A stretch of DNA of 64,000 nt from Squalus acanthias (lineage: Eukaryota). The stretch lies in contig CM059431.1 in assembly GCA_030390025.1 (NCBI GenBank), forward strand, positions 44,330,001 to 44,394,000, read 5' to 3'. A model generated the notes under the pieces. That model saw only the letters and a program-made list of their open reading frames with translations, was not told the DNA's origin and did no database searches. The first letter of the stretch is position 1, and each line of letters begins with the position of its first letter. A program made the position numbers and the translations under genes. Of the stretch, positions 62,080 to 64,000 are shown one piece after another.

Positions 62080-63953
62080 GCTATAAGTGTACTTCCTCTT
62101 TGCGCAACTCATGTCCGTTAAAGTCTGCAAAAGTAATGTAGAGAGGCATGTGCCGGAATTGGCATGTACTCACTGGCCACTTGATGGTCACATACTGCCA
62201 CAGATGTGTTGCTAAATTTGTTGGTCTGAAATTAGTGAGTGTCAGAAACAGAGCTATGTTAAAGCTGTTCTGTTCTCCAAAAAAATGGAAGTGTTGCTAG
62301 TAGTCACTGGATTTTGACTAATTTGAAAAGAAATGAGAATCCAGGGGTGTGAATTGATGTATTTATCCAGTTGAAGTTGATTTTTTTTTCTGAAAGTTTA
62401 TCCAAAACCTTGTCCTCAAAAAAGTGTAAGCACAATATAACATTACTTACCTTGTTTATGCTGTGTGTGTATTTATGTAAGGGGAAAAATGTCTGTCCTT
62501 CAAATCCATTTGAAATTTGGCTTTTATGAACAAAATCATTTTTTTAGTAGGAGTGGAGTAATAATACTGCAGGGAATGTGGTAAAAGGATTAGATTAAAG
62601 ACAATGAATGCTGAAGATCTGAATTCTTTTTTTAAATGCTTGAACTGGTTAATCAGCATTTTCAAGAAAAAAGGCAATGCTTCAAGTGTAATTATTGCCC
62701 AGTTCCAGCATTGACTTATCTTTCTCTTCTGGATAATGTTTGACATGCTGTTCAGTTCCAGCATTTTCTGTGTTTTAATTGCAAAAATACATTATTGTTT
62801 TGTAGGAAAATCCTGGGAGACAGTTTCCCCATTGGTAGACATCATGAGGTTCTTCCTCTGACCTATGGCTGAGACTATTAAAATATTTTTGAAATTGAAG
62901 GCACTTGTGAAACTTTGGCTACAATGGATAGATTGCCTGGTGTTTCCCTAAGATTAATAATGGTAGCTTTCTGGCTTGGCGTTTCCAGGAGCTGAGTGCC
63001 ATGGACAGTAACCAAACTGAAGTAGTAGCTGCTGTGTAAGCAAATTGTTGCAGAAACTTGGTGCCCAGTGGAAAAGGTCTTCCGTTCCCCAGCAGTGACA
63101 TTCTCGCCTTAATGAATAAAAAAATTGCTGCATGAAACAAACCCCCAAAACCTCAGATTTTGCTTTAGTCTGAATATATTGCCATGATTTTCTTCCTTGG
63201 CGCGATCTCAGATATTAGAGTGATGGGGCTAGACAGGCATTCTGACCTTGACAAGTTTTCCATGGTCAGCCGAATTAAAAATTTTCAGGTGGCCTCTCGG
63301 CAATAGTCCTCTCTTGGGGGTTACACAAAATTGTGGCTGCTGCTGCTGGACTAAAATACCAGCAGCAGCTGAAAGAACCAAGCAGCATTGCCACAGTTTA
63401 TGATCCAGCTCCCTACACTAACATTTGTCGTAATTATCCCTCTCGTGTGTGCGCCTGTTGTGGTTGAAAACACTTTCTTCCAGATTCTCTGTTGCCTAGT
63501 AACATTGGACACCTACTGGATACAGTGTGAACAGCATCACCTGAGGTGATAATGACTGAAAGTGTAATGCCTTCTGTCATCTTGCTTCATTCGTATGTGC
63601 CCGACCTTATTTGGGCAGATTTGTCTGGCAGAAATGATGAGAAAACTAGACTGGATGCAAACATGGACAGGGATTCCTGTTTGCTCCAGTACCATCAGCA
63701 AACTAATGGTAACTTAGAGAAAAAATTGCCCCAGTGTGTCTTCATTCTCTTCTTGGCTAGTGCTTATATGCATTAAAATCCATAGTAACCTTAGAGGGAT
63801 TTCTGCTTGTGTACTAAGGGATTTTAATTTAAGGCACTAAATTTGGAGGATTGACACTTTGGAAATGCAAATGATTATACCTACCTAATGCTGCTGTTTT
63901 CTTTCACCTCCGGAATTATGTGTTTCGGGGTGGTGGGGGTGGGGGGGCGGTTC

Positions 63954-63975
63954 TGTGTGTGTGTGTGTGTGTGTG
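63954..63975. repeat. (TG)n microsatellite
   Basis: Direct inspection. Confidence 0.95.
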
Positions 63976-64000
63976 GCAATTTTTCTTATAAATGTTAATG

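Noticed and set aside
57085-64000. Further ALKBH8 exons (VMDF.HPDG.., methyltransferase domain)
   Set aside because: Not found; presumably downstream of the window.

Overview
Intron-rich vertebrate genomic DNA, most likely from a cartilaginous fish (shark-type CR1, DeuSINE, Harbinger and Penelope repeats). Two host genes lie head-to-head around a CpG-rich promoter at ~47.8-48.5 kb. ELMOD1 is on the minus strand (7 coding exons, 27240 to 11238, continuing past the window start) and ALKBH8 is on the plus strand (6 coding exons, 48457-57084, continuing past the window end). The introns are filled with nested, mostly decayed mobile DNA: CR1 and L2 LINEs, a second APE/RT LINE family, three two-gene-type PIF/Harbinger elements, many Harbinger-type MITEs, TA-flanked Tc1/mariner-type MITEs, hAT-like MITEs and DeuSINEs. 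Three features stand out. (1) Five minimal hammerhead-ribozyme motifs sit in Penelope-like termini, with covariation in helix II. (2) A decayed viral envelope-like ORF is followed by a basic ORF and a PPT/LTR start, all nested inside a Harbinger element. (3) Several multi-level nested insertions can be reconstructed from their target-site duplications. Coordinates were counted by eye; no database searches were run.
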